DNA of 64,000 nucleotides from the NCBI GenBank assembly GCA_973851085.1, contig OZ316775.1, forward strand, positions 21,886,001-21,950,000. Direction: 5' to 3'. Source of the DNA: Ptychomitrium polyphyllum (taxonomy: Eukaryota). Shown here piece after piece: positions 52,201-64,000 of the stretch. A program made the position numbers and the translations under genes. Under the pieces are notes generated by a model that was not told the origin of the DNA, did not search any database, and was given only the letters and a program-made list of their open reading frames with translations. Each line of letters starts with the position of its first letter. The stretch's first letter is position 1.

Positions 52201-52729
52201 CCTTCGCCGCTCTCATAAATGCCTTAGCTCCAATAAATGGTGGTCCAAGATTTCTCGTACCTTGGCGTCTTTTCCTTGAGACCACACTCCGTGAGCGCCA
52301 GTCAATGTCTGGATTATCTAATTCAAACCACGGAAGGCCCAAAATAATAGAATTCGTTTGGCATTGAATGATGTTGAAGACAATCTTAGATGCTTGGTCT
52401 CCTAAAACAACCTCCAAGAGTTGAATTTCTTCAATAACGTTGCCAGACATCAGAGATCGTCCATCAATAACTTCAATAGGTGCGGAATATATTTTCTTCA
52501 CAAGCACCATGTGATGTTTGGTTGCAAAATCTTTGTCCATAAAACATGCCATTGCACCAGTGTCTAAAAGAACCACACTAATTATTTCATCATCTAACAA
52601 TTTAATTTTGATAGGAAATATAAAACAAGAGGTAGGGTTTGAAGGTAGTAAGAGACTTTGATTTGATGGTCGTTTCCTTGTGGTGTCCAGTCGCATGGTC
52701 CCTACTGTAACTGGACAGCCTTGTTTTCC
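49219..52729 (-). pseudogene. pol of B2 (protease, RT, RNase H, integrase, chromodomain) with stops and frameshifts
   Basis: [72 protein letters not shown]...WQGY...WEP. Confidence 0.95.
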
Positions 52730-53721
52730 ATCTCCACCATTGTGCTCTGAGCCTTAAAGGCAGATCCTTTGATTTGGCAATTGCGCACTTTATGTCCAGA
52801 CTTGCCACAATACAAGCAGAGGTTTTCTCTTCGACGCCTTTCTTTTTCTTCTAGAATCAAGCGTCTAAATTGGGCAGCATTAATTTGCATAGATTCTGGT
52901 CCTTGTGGTCGACTTTCGCATACTCTTGAAGAAGTGGTAGCCATGCTTTGATGTACTGGTCACCATCCCAAGCATTGTTCTTGGCGCCTTTCAAATAGTC
53001 TATTGTCACATGCTATTGCTTGAGTGATGAATTCGTCCAATGTTTCAACTCTTGGCATTGTGAGTAGCAAGTCCTTGACATTCTCTCTTAAGCCCCATCA
53101 GAATCGTGTGACCAAGGCTTTATCATTCCAATCAAGGTCGCAAGCTAATTGTCGAAATTCTGCAGCATATGTAGCGGCTGAGCGCTGTCCTTGTTGGAGA
53201 TTCTGGATCCTTATTTCAGCCACCCTCTCGCGGTTGGTGTCTCCAAAAGTAGATGTCAATGCTTTTATAAAAGCATCTAACTTGTTTAATAATGGTGACT
53301 GCTTCTCCATTAGTGGTGCAAACCACGATAGTGCATTGTTTGATAAAAGAGTGGCCACAAATCCCACTTGAGTTGTACCATCAGAATAGCGAGATTGATG
53401 GAAACGAAGGAAGAGTCTTACTTATTGAACAAAGCCTCTCAATTTTGATTTTGATCCATCAAACTTGTCTAGCATGCTAATCTTTGGCTCTGCGTGAGTC
53501 TGACGTAAGCCTTCCCTTCTTATATTGGCCTCTCGCAATCAAACAACCTCTTGATATAAACTTTGAATATCACCATTGGATTCTTCAGCTTGCTGAGTGT
53601 GTTGCATCGAATTGTTGGTGGTATTAAAATGGGCGAGTTCCGTTCGAACTGTGTTTAATAACTGTTGAAGGTCTGCAATAGTTGCAAACCTATTCTCTGA
53701 TGTTTTAGACACGTTGTCCAT
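52702..53721 (-). pseudogene. gag of B2 with zinc knuckle, interrupted
   Basis: ALSWFAPL, LQQGQRSAATYAAEF, CLYCGKSGHKVRNC. Confidence 0.9.
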
Positions 53722-53942
53722 TTCTTAAGACTCTCAAAAACAGCAAGACTAGGAATACCTTCAAAGGAGGAAAATCCACGTTCTTTGAAAGAAGTAATAC
53801 TTGGTTCTAGAAGGAGAAACCAACTCTATGGTGCCAGCTTAGAGGAGGGTAATCCGCAACCTCTAAGACCCTATGGAATCCTAAAGAAGATGGGTAATCC
53901 ACAATCTTCTTCAAAGAACCTTAGCTTTGACAGAGATGAAGA

Positions 53943-53955
53943 TTAGTCTTGCCAA
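53943..53955 (-). promoter_or_regulatory. Self-priming type primer-binding site
   Basis: 13/13 complementary to LTR 54091-54103, which begins ~29 nt downstream of the start of TATAAATA (54125-54132, minus strand). Confidence 0.75.
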
Positions 53956-53957
53956 AC

Positions 53958-54559
53958 TGTTAGGGGCACAAGAAACAAGAAGCAAAAACGAAGTGTTTCC
54001 CAAGAATTAGCTTCCAAAGAGCTAATGATTAACAAGAACTTGATACAAAGACTAGAACAAGGCAGGATTCAAGATGATCCACAACTTGTGTTGGCAAGAC
54101 TAAGGAATACCTTGTCTTGCCTCCTATTTATACTATAACGTTTGTATCTCCTAGGATACTTCTAAAGAAGCTTCCTACAAGGCTTAAGAATGTTCTGGAA
54201 GTCTAAGGAACCTTCCCAAGAAGTTTTCTAAGATGTTGGAACCTTCCTAAGAGTCTTCTAAGGAGTTGGAACTTTCCTTGGAAGTTTCTTAAGGTACCAG
54301 AACCTTCTTAGGAAGTTTCTTAAAGAAATAGAACCTTCCCAAGAAGTTTCCTAAAGTAGTAGAAGTTTCCTAGGAAGTTACATAAGATGATAGAACCTTC
54401 ATAGGAAATTTTCTAAGGTGAAGGAACTTTCCTAGGAAGCTTCCTAAGAACATGGAAAGACTATGGAGACATCTAAAAGTATTCTAAGAAGTTATTATAG
54501 TATACTAGAAGGTTCTAGAATGTTCTAAGGACTATGTTGCATGATCTTTGTCTGTAACA
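53958..54559 (-). repeat. 5' LTR of B2 with tandem ~31-bp GAA/TTC-rich U3 units
   Basis: TGTTAG...GTAACA termini; direct repeat of 47994-48564. Confidence 0.95.
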
Positions 54560-56082
54560 TCTACCATGGTTCATGAGCATGGATACAAATACCAATATAT
54601 AAATGCATTTCACAAAAGGAATCAAGGCCAATCAATATAATACTTAGAATTAGTTAAAATCACTCGATAAGGATGAAAAGATGTGTTTTGAGGCATGCAT
54701 GGTAAAATAAACCATAAAAGCTAATAATAGAAATTAATTCTAATTTTTTCTTAGTAAAATATAAAAGTGAGGGAATGATTTATTTTTTCATTTATCTATT
54801 TATAATTCTAAAAACTTTTATATTAAATAGATGTTTTGAAGGTGATATTTTGAAATTCCATATTAGCTTAAAGTAGTTGTAGGCTTTTAAAATTTGGCTT
54901 AAAATATTAGAAGGTGTAGAAAAATCACTTTTGAAAAGAAAATTTCTTTTTATAAATGAAACCATTTGAAAAATCACCATGATTAATCAAATATGGCTAT
55001 TTAAATTATAATTTGAGAATTTGCTATTGCATAGTATTTTTTAATACTTTTGAAACTAAGGGCCTTAATATCATCATATAGTTGCTAAAGCTTTTTTTAA
55101 CCTAAGATGCCTTTATGCATCCAAGAATTATCAAAAGTGCCTATTAATTAAGTTCTAAGATAAAAGAACTTGTTTTCAGTGACTACTGAATGATATTTTT
55201 TGTTAATTTTATTATTATTTTTCCAAAATTTGCCACACCAAGTCAATGACATGTTGATTTGACTAATTTTTATTATTGAAAGTTTTTAAAACCAAATATT
55301 CTAAATGGAAATGCTCAAAAGGAGCATCCAAATTTCTTAGACAAGCTTAATTTATATTAAAGTGTCCTTTAAATCAATGCTTTGGCTTTATGAAAATACA
55401 AGCTATGGGCCACAATTTTTTTGATTTGGATTTAATCTATTAAGTAATATAATTGGTCTATATTCAAATTTATCTTACATGATTTTACAATTTTTTTCCA
55501 TTGAAATATAGTTAAAACTGAAACTTTATAAATTCATTTTATAGAGTGCGCTTGTCTTTATAAACAATTGAAGCTGTAACTCCTTCCATGCTTTTCCACA
55601 TAAAGGTCACAATTATCATTGGAATGGTATCACAAGAAACCAGGTAATGTGTCATATAAAATTCATTACTATATTATCATATTTTGTTGTTATAAGAAAT
55701 TATTATGCCATAAAACTTGATTAGAAGTATCTGTTTAGTACACTCTATAATTCATAAAATTACGTATTTCTAAACTAAGTAATATTTTCCAAACTATGAT
55801 GTATGACATGTTATGTAGATTTTGTTGAAACAGTGAACAACTACAGGTTTTTAGTACCAAGTATTGTATATATAGTTGTATATACTTATTTAAGCATGTT
55901 GAAAAGCAATAATCTTGAAATTGAATGGAACAAATTTGCAATAGGCTCAGTTTTTATAGCAAGTCAAATAAAGATGATTTTGGAATCATTCTCTAAGTAT
56001 GAATTTAAATAAAAAATCATGCATGTTTTTAAATTTAATGTTAATTTTTCAAATATTGAAGTGTACATAGATTCAAAAAATA

Positions 56083-56279
56083 CATAGTAGCATTGATTAT
56101 TTGTCATAGTAGCATTGATTATTTGTCATAGTAGCATTGATTATTTGTCATAGTAGCATTGATTATTTGTCATGTAGCATTGATTATTTGTCATAGTAGC
56201 ATTGATTATTTGTCATGTAGCATTGATTATTTGTCATAGTAGCATTGATTATTTGTCATGTAGCATTGATTATTTGTCA
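56083..56279. repeat. Minisatellite, 9 units of CAT(A)GTAGCATTGATTATTTGT (22/21 bp)
   Basis: Directly visible perfect tandem array. Confidence 0.97.
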
Positions 56280-57733
56280 CACAATGTTGTTCTTTACTAC
56301 AACTTTTACCTTTTGCCAATAATTTGAAGCTTTGGAAACTTTTTAAGTTATAAAAATATGAATTTATTTTTCATTGTATAAATTTCAGCTACGAAATGTT
56401 TCATATAGAAGCAATATCAAATAAAAATACCATAACTCAGCCGTCTAAGCAAAATAAAGTGTAACCCAAAATTGTCTATAAATTATAACTTAATTCACTT
56501 TTTGGGAATAAGTTCATTTTGGATGTTAAACAAGGTTTTATACGGTTTTCTTGTAATGATTCTCCATGAGTGTTTCCTTTTTGTATAGTTCTCGTACCGA
56601 AGGTGTGTGCAAAATGTCCTACTTAGGCTTAGTCACTTGCGGAAGAAAAACAGTTGTAAAAGATGTCAAGTTTTGAAGCTCGGTGGGAAACTGAGACTCA
56701 CGAGAATCATCACAGGGAACCATACAAGGCTCTTCAGTAATGAACTGACATGTACTGCAACATAATCTCGTGCCATCTCCCGGCAACGACACTCGATATT
56801 GGAAGATACAGGAGTCAATCACTGGAGATGTCGTCGGATGTTTGTACCGACTCTCCTTTCTGGTGCTGCCTCATGTGCTTGACGCAGCACTCAATGCTGT
56901 CAGGCGTCTTACATGAAAGTTACTTACAGTACCCGGTTGGGTCCCTCACCAGGGAATGATCATGTGGTAATTATGGGGATTGTTTTGCGCTCATTGTTTG
57001 TTGTACTTAAATTAATGGAAGTCAAGTACCGATAAATCATTCCGGTGATGGCTAAATGATTTTAGGAAGAATGAACTGCACCAATTCCAGAGTAAATGTA
57101 GGTGCTATCAACACAATCATTTGGTGCCATAAATTATAGGAAAGAATGTAGGAATGCAATCAAGCAATGGGAATATTATGATGAAAGTCTGCGGGAATTG
57201 TCCCGACCAAGCATTGTTTAGGACCTAGAGGAACTACTCCTATTTGCCCATGGTTTGCTTGCGCAGAGGCAGAATAAGGAGCAGGTAGAAAGTAGTGTAA
57301 CCGTACGCCCCCGTTTCACCTTCTACTGTGAATTTCACTGCTGAAGTGAAATTTCTGAACCGTACTAATTATGCCAGGTTCATCCCTACCTTGTGAACTA
57401 GAGTAAACCTATGACACCCCCGTGACTCCATGCACTATCTACTCACAACTAAACTACCCGCAAGTTCTCATTGGCAGAGTCTGTAGGGTGTTGATGTTCT
57501 CAGCTCCATAAACGCTCAGTCTCGGTGCCAACTTCTCGCACTCCAGAAATGAAGAGATATCATAATCAAATTCCAATGTGCTCAACCATAGTTGGAATTG
57601 ATCTTAGTGCTCGCATTATAAGCTTGAAAATCGATGAGATGAGAACATCTGTCACAATACCCCACACCCGGAGCCCATTTTCATGGATTATCCTACAGCA
57701 TGGACCAAACAGTGGGAGGCAATCGTTGCATTT

Positions 57734-60700
57734 TCAAATCCGAGAAATCTGCAACGGAGTGATGAGTTCATCTTCGTTCGCCATCACAGGCTGAAACATC
57801 TCCAAGTCACGACACCTTTCAGCAAATCTTTTGAGACACTCATTTCCTGCCATGACACCAGTGGCAAATGCGCCATGAACAGTTCCAGGAAATCTTTCAC
57901 TAGTAGCTTCCCCAGCCCAGAACAAGTTGTCAACTGGTGTACGTAACCGTTCGTAAAGACCATGCGGCTTTCCAACCGCGTCATAACTGTAACAACCCCG
58001 TGAGCTTGGGTCTGTGCCCCACCTCGACACCAGATATTGGGTCTGCATTAAAGAAACACAATCCGTCAGTATACTGTAAGTGACGGGCTTGGCAACCTAC
58101 TAAGTGTTTGCAGAATACGGTTGCATGACAAAATGAAAAGGGACACAACGATGAAACAAATAGTGTGCATAATCCATTGCCAAAGGTACTACGAGCAATT
58201 TCGAAAAGCAATAAGTTCATCCAAAACACATACTGGCTCTGCGGCATTCGGCAATATTCTTTTCAGCTGTCTGATAGCGAAGTTCGCAGCAGCCTCATTT
58301 GACAGTTGCTCAATGTCATTAGCAAGACGCCCTGCAACCAGATAATAGACACAAAATCTTTAATTAGTAACGATCTGACACATCCCTTTATACTGACAAC
58401 TGAATGATATACTAAAAATCTACTGCTAGAACAAATACGGGTTACACAAAACAGAAAAGATTACCTGCAGGCATGTACACCAAGACCGGATGTCCAGTTG
58501 CTTTGTGAAGGTTCAAAAAATAGCTGCAACCATACGAGGTCGGGGCAACAACTCCAAGAAACTCCACATTGGGCCAACATACTTTCTCAAAGAAGAGAGC
58601 AATCTTATTCTCGTTGCCAACACCCAAGTCAGCAATTGCTGCCTCCTTCCAATCAGGCAATTTAGGCTCAAACCGCACTACCTTATCTTTCAACACTCCC
58701 AGAGGTAATGCAACAACACAAGCATCTGCTTCAAACACCTTCCCCTCTTCGGTGGTCACCCGCACTCCATGCAGGCGACGACTGATCTTTGAAACCCTGC
58801 ATGAGGGAAATTTGAAGAACACTGAGATGAAAGTGCAAGCGAAACTACATTTTACTAAAGTTACAACTTCAGGAGGCAAAATAAGTAGGGCGCATTTCTA
58901 GCAAGTAAATGCCTCTAAACACTGTAATGAAGAAATTGATACCCATCGTACAGGATCGAGCTGTGAGATCATGTACTCGTATGATATATAAGAAATAAAC
59001 ACAAGTACAAGCCTGCCTCTTACATATGATTGAGTCTGATATCAAGACCTTCAGCAAGGGATGAGATAACAGGCTCATAACCCCTCACCATCAACCCATG
59101 CCCACCCTGAAGCAACTCTTCCTGCAAAACAAACTCAACTTAATAAATCTTGACTTCAAAAGAAGATTAACGTAACCCCCAAATGGACAAGTTCCAATTA
59201 TATCGACACATCCTCATAAACATAGGAAAGACGGAGTTCAACATATGAGCTTACCTCATCCCAACTTTGAACAGAAATATTATCAGCATCAGCTGCAAAC
59301 CAGCCTTCCATACGACATAGATACCATTGCAAGACTTTATAAGCCATTCCCTCCTGTCTGCAAGAATCAGTATTTATCAATTAGAATCATAGCTAAAGGA
59401 CTAGAAAGGATTCACTTGAACTTAATTAGGACCTCAACAAAATCCTAGAAATAAGCTGGAGGTTTATTTAACCTGTGAAGAACAAATGGTTTTGCAGCAA
59501 CAAAAATAGTAGGCAGCAACAAATAACCAACCTCAAATCTGGCCGTCTTTCCAAAACTAATTTAAAGGCCTTCAGAACTGACATGTCATCTGGGTGTTCA
59601 TCTCTGAGCTTCTTGGTCTGAACACATCAACAAAATGATACGACATGAACAGAAAGAGGAAGAAATGCCATGCAAGAAAAATTAGTAACAAGACAGTAAT
59701 ATTGGAGATATGTCATTAAATTCATTGTACAAAGAAACGAAAATGTAGTTCGTAGGAGATGACCATCAACGAAAACACTTACCTCTTCCAACAAACTCTC
59801 AAACACCTCGCCAACCTCTGTGACCAGAGTTTGTGGAACTTGGCGACCTTCCATGTCAAATAGCGCATAACTGGACACCGAAAAAGCCACAAGTTCAGAT
59901 CATTGCAACTACTAATCCCGAACTTGATTATATTGTCATGCACTTCTATACAGCAACTACACGGATCTAATAAAGCCGGTGCCCTAAATCCCGTGAGGCT
60001 ATAGATGAAAATTGAATGAAAAACAAGACAAGTTGAAGGGCTATCTCTGTAGAGTATAACGGAACTGGAGGAGACATAACATAACTAGAGGATAACTTGG
60101 CCAAGTATGACTGCTCAACCCTGAAACTGTAATTATATAGGTTATAAAAAACTGTCCCTAAGAGCCCTCTACAGTTTGTTGATGACCTATTTAACAACCT
60201 TAGATTACTCAATATCATGGCTAGCAGGGTCACCAGAGCACACAGGGGCTCCAAGGACAAGTTTTGGGAGGCTTCCACAAGGTCGCCGACATATACCAAG
60301 GGTGAATAAAAATATGGTCCTGATCGATGGGTAAGACCAATGGGTGCTTCAATAACTTGAAACTCAGCCAAATTCTGCTACACGGAAGAAAGGGAGATTC
60401 TACTTGTCTAGTCAATCCTTGCTAAATGCAGCATAGTAGACTGTTGAAAGTACGAACCCGTGACGAACTCTCTATTTCAGAACAATACAAAGAACCCAAA
60501 GATGTAATTCATATCTTGAATAACTGTCCCAGCCCTAGACAAAACGCTAAGACTAATCGTCGAATCTGTCCTGCAGTGGACCAGACCCAAGGGAGGTTAA
60601 GGCCACAACAATCATCTTCGAGAAAGATGCCATATTTATTCGATCAGGAATTTCGAAAGTTTGCAGACTATGTCCATAATCAATATTCACAACGTCGTAC

Positions 60701-62995
60701 AGTATATTGGGCGCATATCACAGGCAAGAGAAGGTAGGGGCTGTTCCCAAGTAGCAACGTCTACTGAAACTTGCATGGTATGACAAAGCAAAACCGCATA
60801 CCTCTCCAGGTCATGATCGTACAACACTGAATTATCACCACATGTCCGATATAAAGGCAATCGTAACTTGCCAATGACGGGTGCAAGCGGGTTGTCTTTG
60901 CATACTCCATGCAACCTACATCCCAGTGAAAAATATCATTAGATTGCGCTTAAGATGCAGAAGTACCGCAAACAATACAGATTCAAAATCAAACAAACCA
61001 GAACAATAACCGATAATGTAACCTACATGACACGAATTATCTTATTCACAAAAGATTTTAAAATGAATAATCACCATGAGGCCCCCATATCAACGGGAAA
61101 TCCAAAAGAATAATCAGTGTAGACACGGCCTCCGATCCGATTACGAGACTCCAACACCACAACCTGCGAAATGCAAAAGAAAAACCTCATTTATAACAAG
61201 ATCAGCGTCTGTGCGTGGAATTAACTTCTACACGTAAACTAATTAAGATTGAAGAAATAGAATCAAATACATCATAGAGAGCCGTACCTTCAAACTCGAG
61301 TTGTGAAGAAATCGAGCAGCAGCAAGGCCTCCGAAGCCAGCGCCAATAACGATAACTGTGGGGGTCAAAGACGCAGGTGTAACCTTTACCCCACAAATGC
61401 CTGCGCTCGTGTTTATCAGTTAGCCCAAACAACATTAATCTTCTGCAGACAAACAAGAACTAGTGTCGGCAAGATTTTAAGCCGTGGCACACACAGGAGC
61501 TAACAATGCCAGCAGATTATTTTTCTATCTAGCTTCTCCTTAAACGGCAAGGCAGTGCAATACTACTATGAATAGAAAGTACTCAGACATAGCATCAACA
61601 ATTATCCAGTCTCCAGCATGAGCACTCCTGGATTAGATGATGTAAGGAGCAGACTGCACTCTGCCCTGTAATAAGTGACTTAACCGCAGCAAAAGAACAA
61701 AACCTGGTAGACCATGCTCTTGCAATGGGGAAAATAAAAACCTTTGCAAACGAATGTACTAATATCATCATGCACCAACGCATGCAAGATCAATAGAATC
61801 AATAGCACCAGCAAAAACTCATTCTTGGCCATTAACTGTAATCAGTTCACCACACACTAAAGACGGCTGCAAAACTGATAAATAATGCCAGAAGAACTGT
61901 CGCACAATTCTTTCTCTAGAATAACAGATAAGAAAATACAACTATTCAGGAAGTACAAACTGCAACTAAATAAAACTATTTGCATCCAAACTACAAAGTG
62001 CAGATCAGTCAAAAGCTCGAACTTCAACAGCATACAACTGTATAAACACCTCACGTGGGGTGTCGTAACAGAGTAACTATTCTAAGACATACTGTCGATT
62101 ACAAAAATGTTTTCAAGCTATCTCATAACAAGAACAGAGTAGGTCATTTCACTGCAAAAAACAGTTTACCCGTGCTACTACTAACTTCCGTGATAGGCAA
62201 GGCACCTCTGCTTGTGGCTCTAAATTCAACAAGCTTAAGAAGCAGCTCTAACGAAGATGCAAGAAGCCCTTAATAAGCCGCTTAATCTGTATACAAATCG
62301 TGCGAACGACTCTTTCCTAAAAGTGGTGCATAAGCTCACGACTAGTACTTCGAAGTTGCAATAAGAAGCCCCCCGGACACTAGATGGAACCGAAGACAGA
62401 AAACGGCCAGAAGCCTGACGAAAAGGCCAGCACAAACAAACAACCTCAAGTTCCTCAAGCCAAGCACCTTCAGAATAGTGATTCTGGCACACTGGATCTT
62501 AAGAAAACAAGGAGCTGCAGGATCTGGACAACTTATCATATGTAAGAAATTCCCATGTTCAAGCTCATGCGTAATGTAATGCAGACAAACTACGTCCAGA
62601 AAGATGACTGCTGTCGCTACCAGAAGAAAACGTGAAAGATCGAATAACAGGGCCCCGCAATTCAAACATGATCGTAAAGCAGATGGAACTGCGAATCAAG
62701 GCTCGCATGACGCGATCAGAACTAGATCTAGAATGAAAGGACCGTTCATTAATTCAAACGAAAGCCAAATAAGGAACTTAATGCTGCAGTTCAGAAGGCA
62801 CGAAATTAAAGTTAAGGTAAGGTTCTAAAGCCATGCGGTGCCCAACGCACCAGAACCGGAACTGCAATTAGATTCGTCAACAGGAGGCTCTACACGAATA
62901 GGCGTCGACAGAGGCATGGTTTCAGCGGGTGCCTTTTCTTTGTTCAATGAAGGAGAGAACTGAGAATTGTTCATGAATAGATCGCGGGGATGCAT
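57734..62995 (-). CDS. PAO: Peroxisomal polyamine oxidase (PAO2/3/4 clade); coding exons 62995-62851 (inferred), 61400-61288, 61163-61075, 60915-60802, 59870-59783, 59617-59532, 59357-59255, 59121-59024, 58796-58465, 58331-58234, 58042-57734 (~524 aa)
   Basis: FAD motif [68 protein letters not shown]-terminal PLQISRI* (PTS1 SRI). The first coding exon is less certain. Confidence 0.92.
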
Positions 62996-63474
62996 TGCAC
63001 TTCCTAATTAGTCAAGATGAGAACACACACCAGATTCACATCTGGTCTTGAGTTGTTCCGCGGGCGCCATAAGTGGCGTTGCCTCCGCTGCGAATTATTG
63101 CCTTCCAGTTGTGAAGCCTCAAAGGAGCGCCGAGGGTGACTCAAGGCAATACAGGCACACATGCAGAGAGTGCTTGAAGTCCCCGTAAATTCACGTTTAG
63201 ATCGCGTTCCACAAAGCCTCGCCACGGCTCCTTCCTCCTCCTCTCCTCTCTCCCTCCTTCCTCTCACCACCACAACAAAACTCTCCACCTCCCTCTCCAG
63301 CGCGGCCAACAGAAAACTTCAACTCTCTTGGCTACTCACCAAATCTCCAACCTCCAAATGTTCAACTCCCGCCACTACTCCAACCAAAAAAACCGTATCC
63401 CCTCGCCAATCTCGATTAGGGTTTAATTACCACCGCAAGCACTCTCTTTAATCACAGCAACCACCGCGATCACC

Positions 63475-63693
63475 TCACACGCCGCAGATCGCCAGCTCCG
63501 CAGCTCCGCAACCTCCTCCACGCGAAATCACGCCACCAGAACGACGACGCACGCTTTCCAAGACCCTAGCGCAACCGATCCGCCGGCAAATCGGACGGCT
63601 GGAAGACGAATTCCAATCAAATCGGGGACGGCGGAGCCAGTAGGAGCAGTGTCGGAGCACGAGGAGTGACCGGGCGGGTGCTACGATGAGCAT
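63475..63693 (-). CDS. Candidate peptide-coding upstream ORF (72 aa) in the PAO leader exon
   Basis: ATG at 63693 to TGA at 63475, ending 1 nt before a GT donor (63473); the next acceptor (63004) is 8 nt before the inferred main ATG. Confidence 0.4.
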   Translation of the reverse strand: MLIVAPARSLLVLRHCSYWLRRPRFDWNSSSSRPICRRIGCARVLESVRRRSGGVISRGGGCGAAELAICGV

Positions 63694-64000
63694 CCGGCAG
63701 GGCACAAGAGCGAGGACGCCGAGAGCGGACGGCTATGGCGTTTCGAGCTTCGGGGCCAAATGAGGGCAGCGACAAAGGATGTGGCGACAAAGCCGTAGCC
63801 CTGCGCGACCGCTCTAGAGTTTCCTAGCCCATCCTCCCGGCACCCGCCCGCCCGCGTCCGTAGCCCGCTATGGTCCACAAGCCGGGGGTGTGCGTTGCGA
63901 ATCGCGGGGTCGCTCAACCGGTTCCGATATTCGCGGGAGGGTCCGGTCGCGTCCCGTCACTCAGCGGGCGCCACTTGGGCGCGCCACCCTGGACAATTCG

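Larger units (their letters stand above)
47994..54559 (-). mobile_element. Full-length, mutationally inactivated Ty3/gypsy chromovirus (Tcn1-like), family B copy B2
   Basis: LTRs 47994-48564 and 53958-54559; TSD TCTAC at 47989-47993 and 54560-54564; PPT 48565-48574; gag-PR-RT-RH-IN-chromodomain order. Confidence 0.96.

Noticed and set aside
56083..56279. CRISPR-like appearance of the repeat array
   Set aside because: Units are contiguous with no unique spacers, there are no cas genes, and the context is eukaryotic.
62235..62492. ORF ending [15 protein letters not shown] as the PAO conserved uORF
   Set aside because: It has no ATG of its own and lies downstream of the inferred main ATG, inside an intron. 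Kept only as a possible alternative exon.

Overview
Eukaryotic nuclear DNA from a land plant, most likely a moss. The evidence is GT-AG spliced genes, Tcn1-like chromoviruses and very AT-rich decayed intergenic DNA; the species cannot be determined from this window. Six host genes are present: an At3g52610-like condensation/acyltransferase-fold protein (+, 325-3096), plastid ribosomal protein uL24 (+, 20740-22127), caleosin/peroxygenase (-, 28625-30251), a mitoferrin-like mitochondrial carrier (-, 33487-36600), NF-YC (-, ~43386-46549) and a peroxisomal polyamine oxidase (-, 57734-62995) with a candidate peptide uORF. Between them lie a nested LTR-retrotransposon cluster (4981-~19845), a full-length chromovirus with TSD (47994-54559), two minisatellites and a probable heavily eroded LRR-receptor-kinase relic. 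The cluster contains two Ty3/gypsy chromovirus families, a Ty1/copia with a half-tRNAiMet PBS and three solo LTRs. The most notable signals are in the chromoviruses. (1) A third ORF after the chromodomain is conserved at protein level between two divergent families. (2) There is tRNA-independent, Tf1-type self-priming complementarity, plus a U3/R hairpin that co-varies between families. (3) A gag-pol -1 frameshift signal is present. (4) Perfect heat-shock elements occur in U3. All gene models and alignments were made by eye, without database searches.
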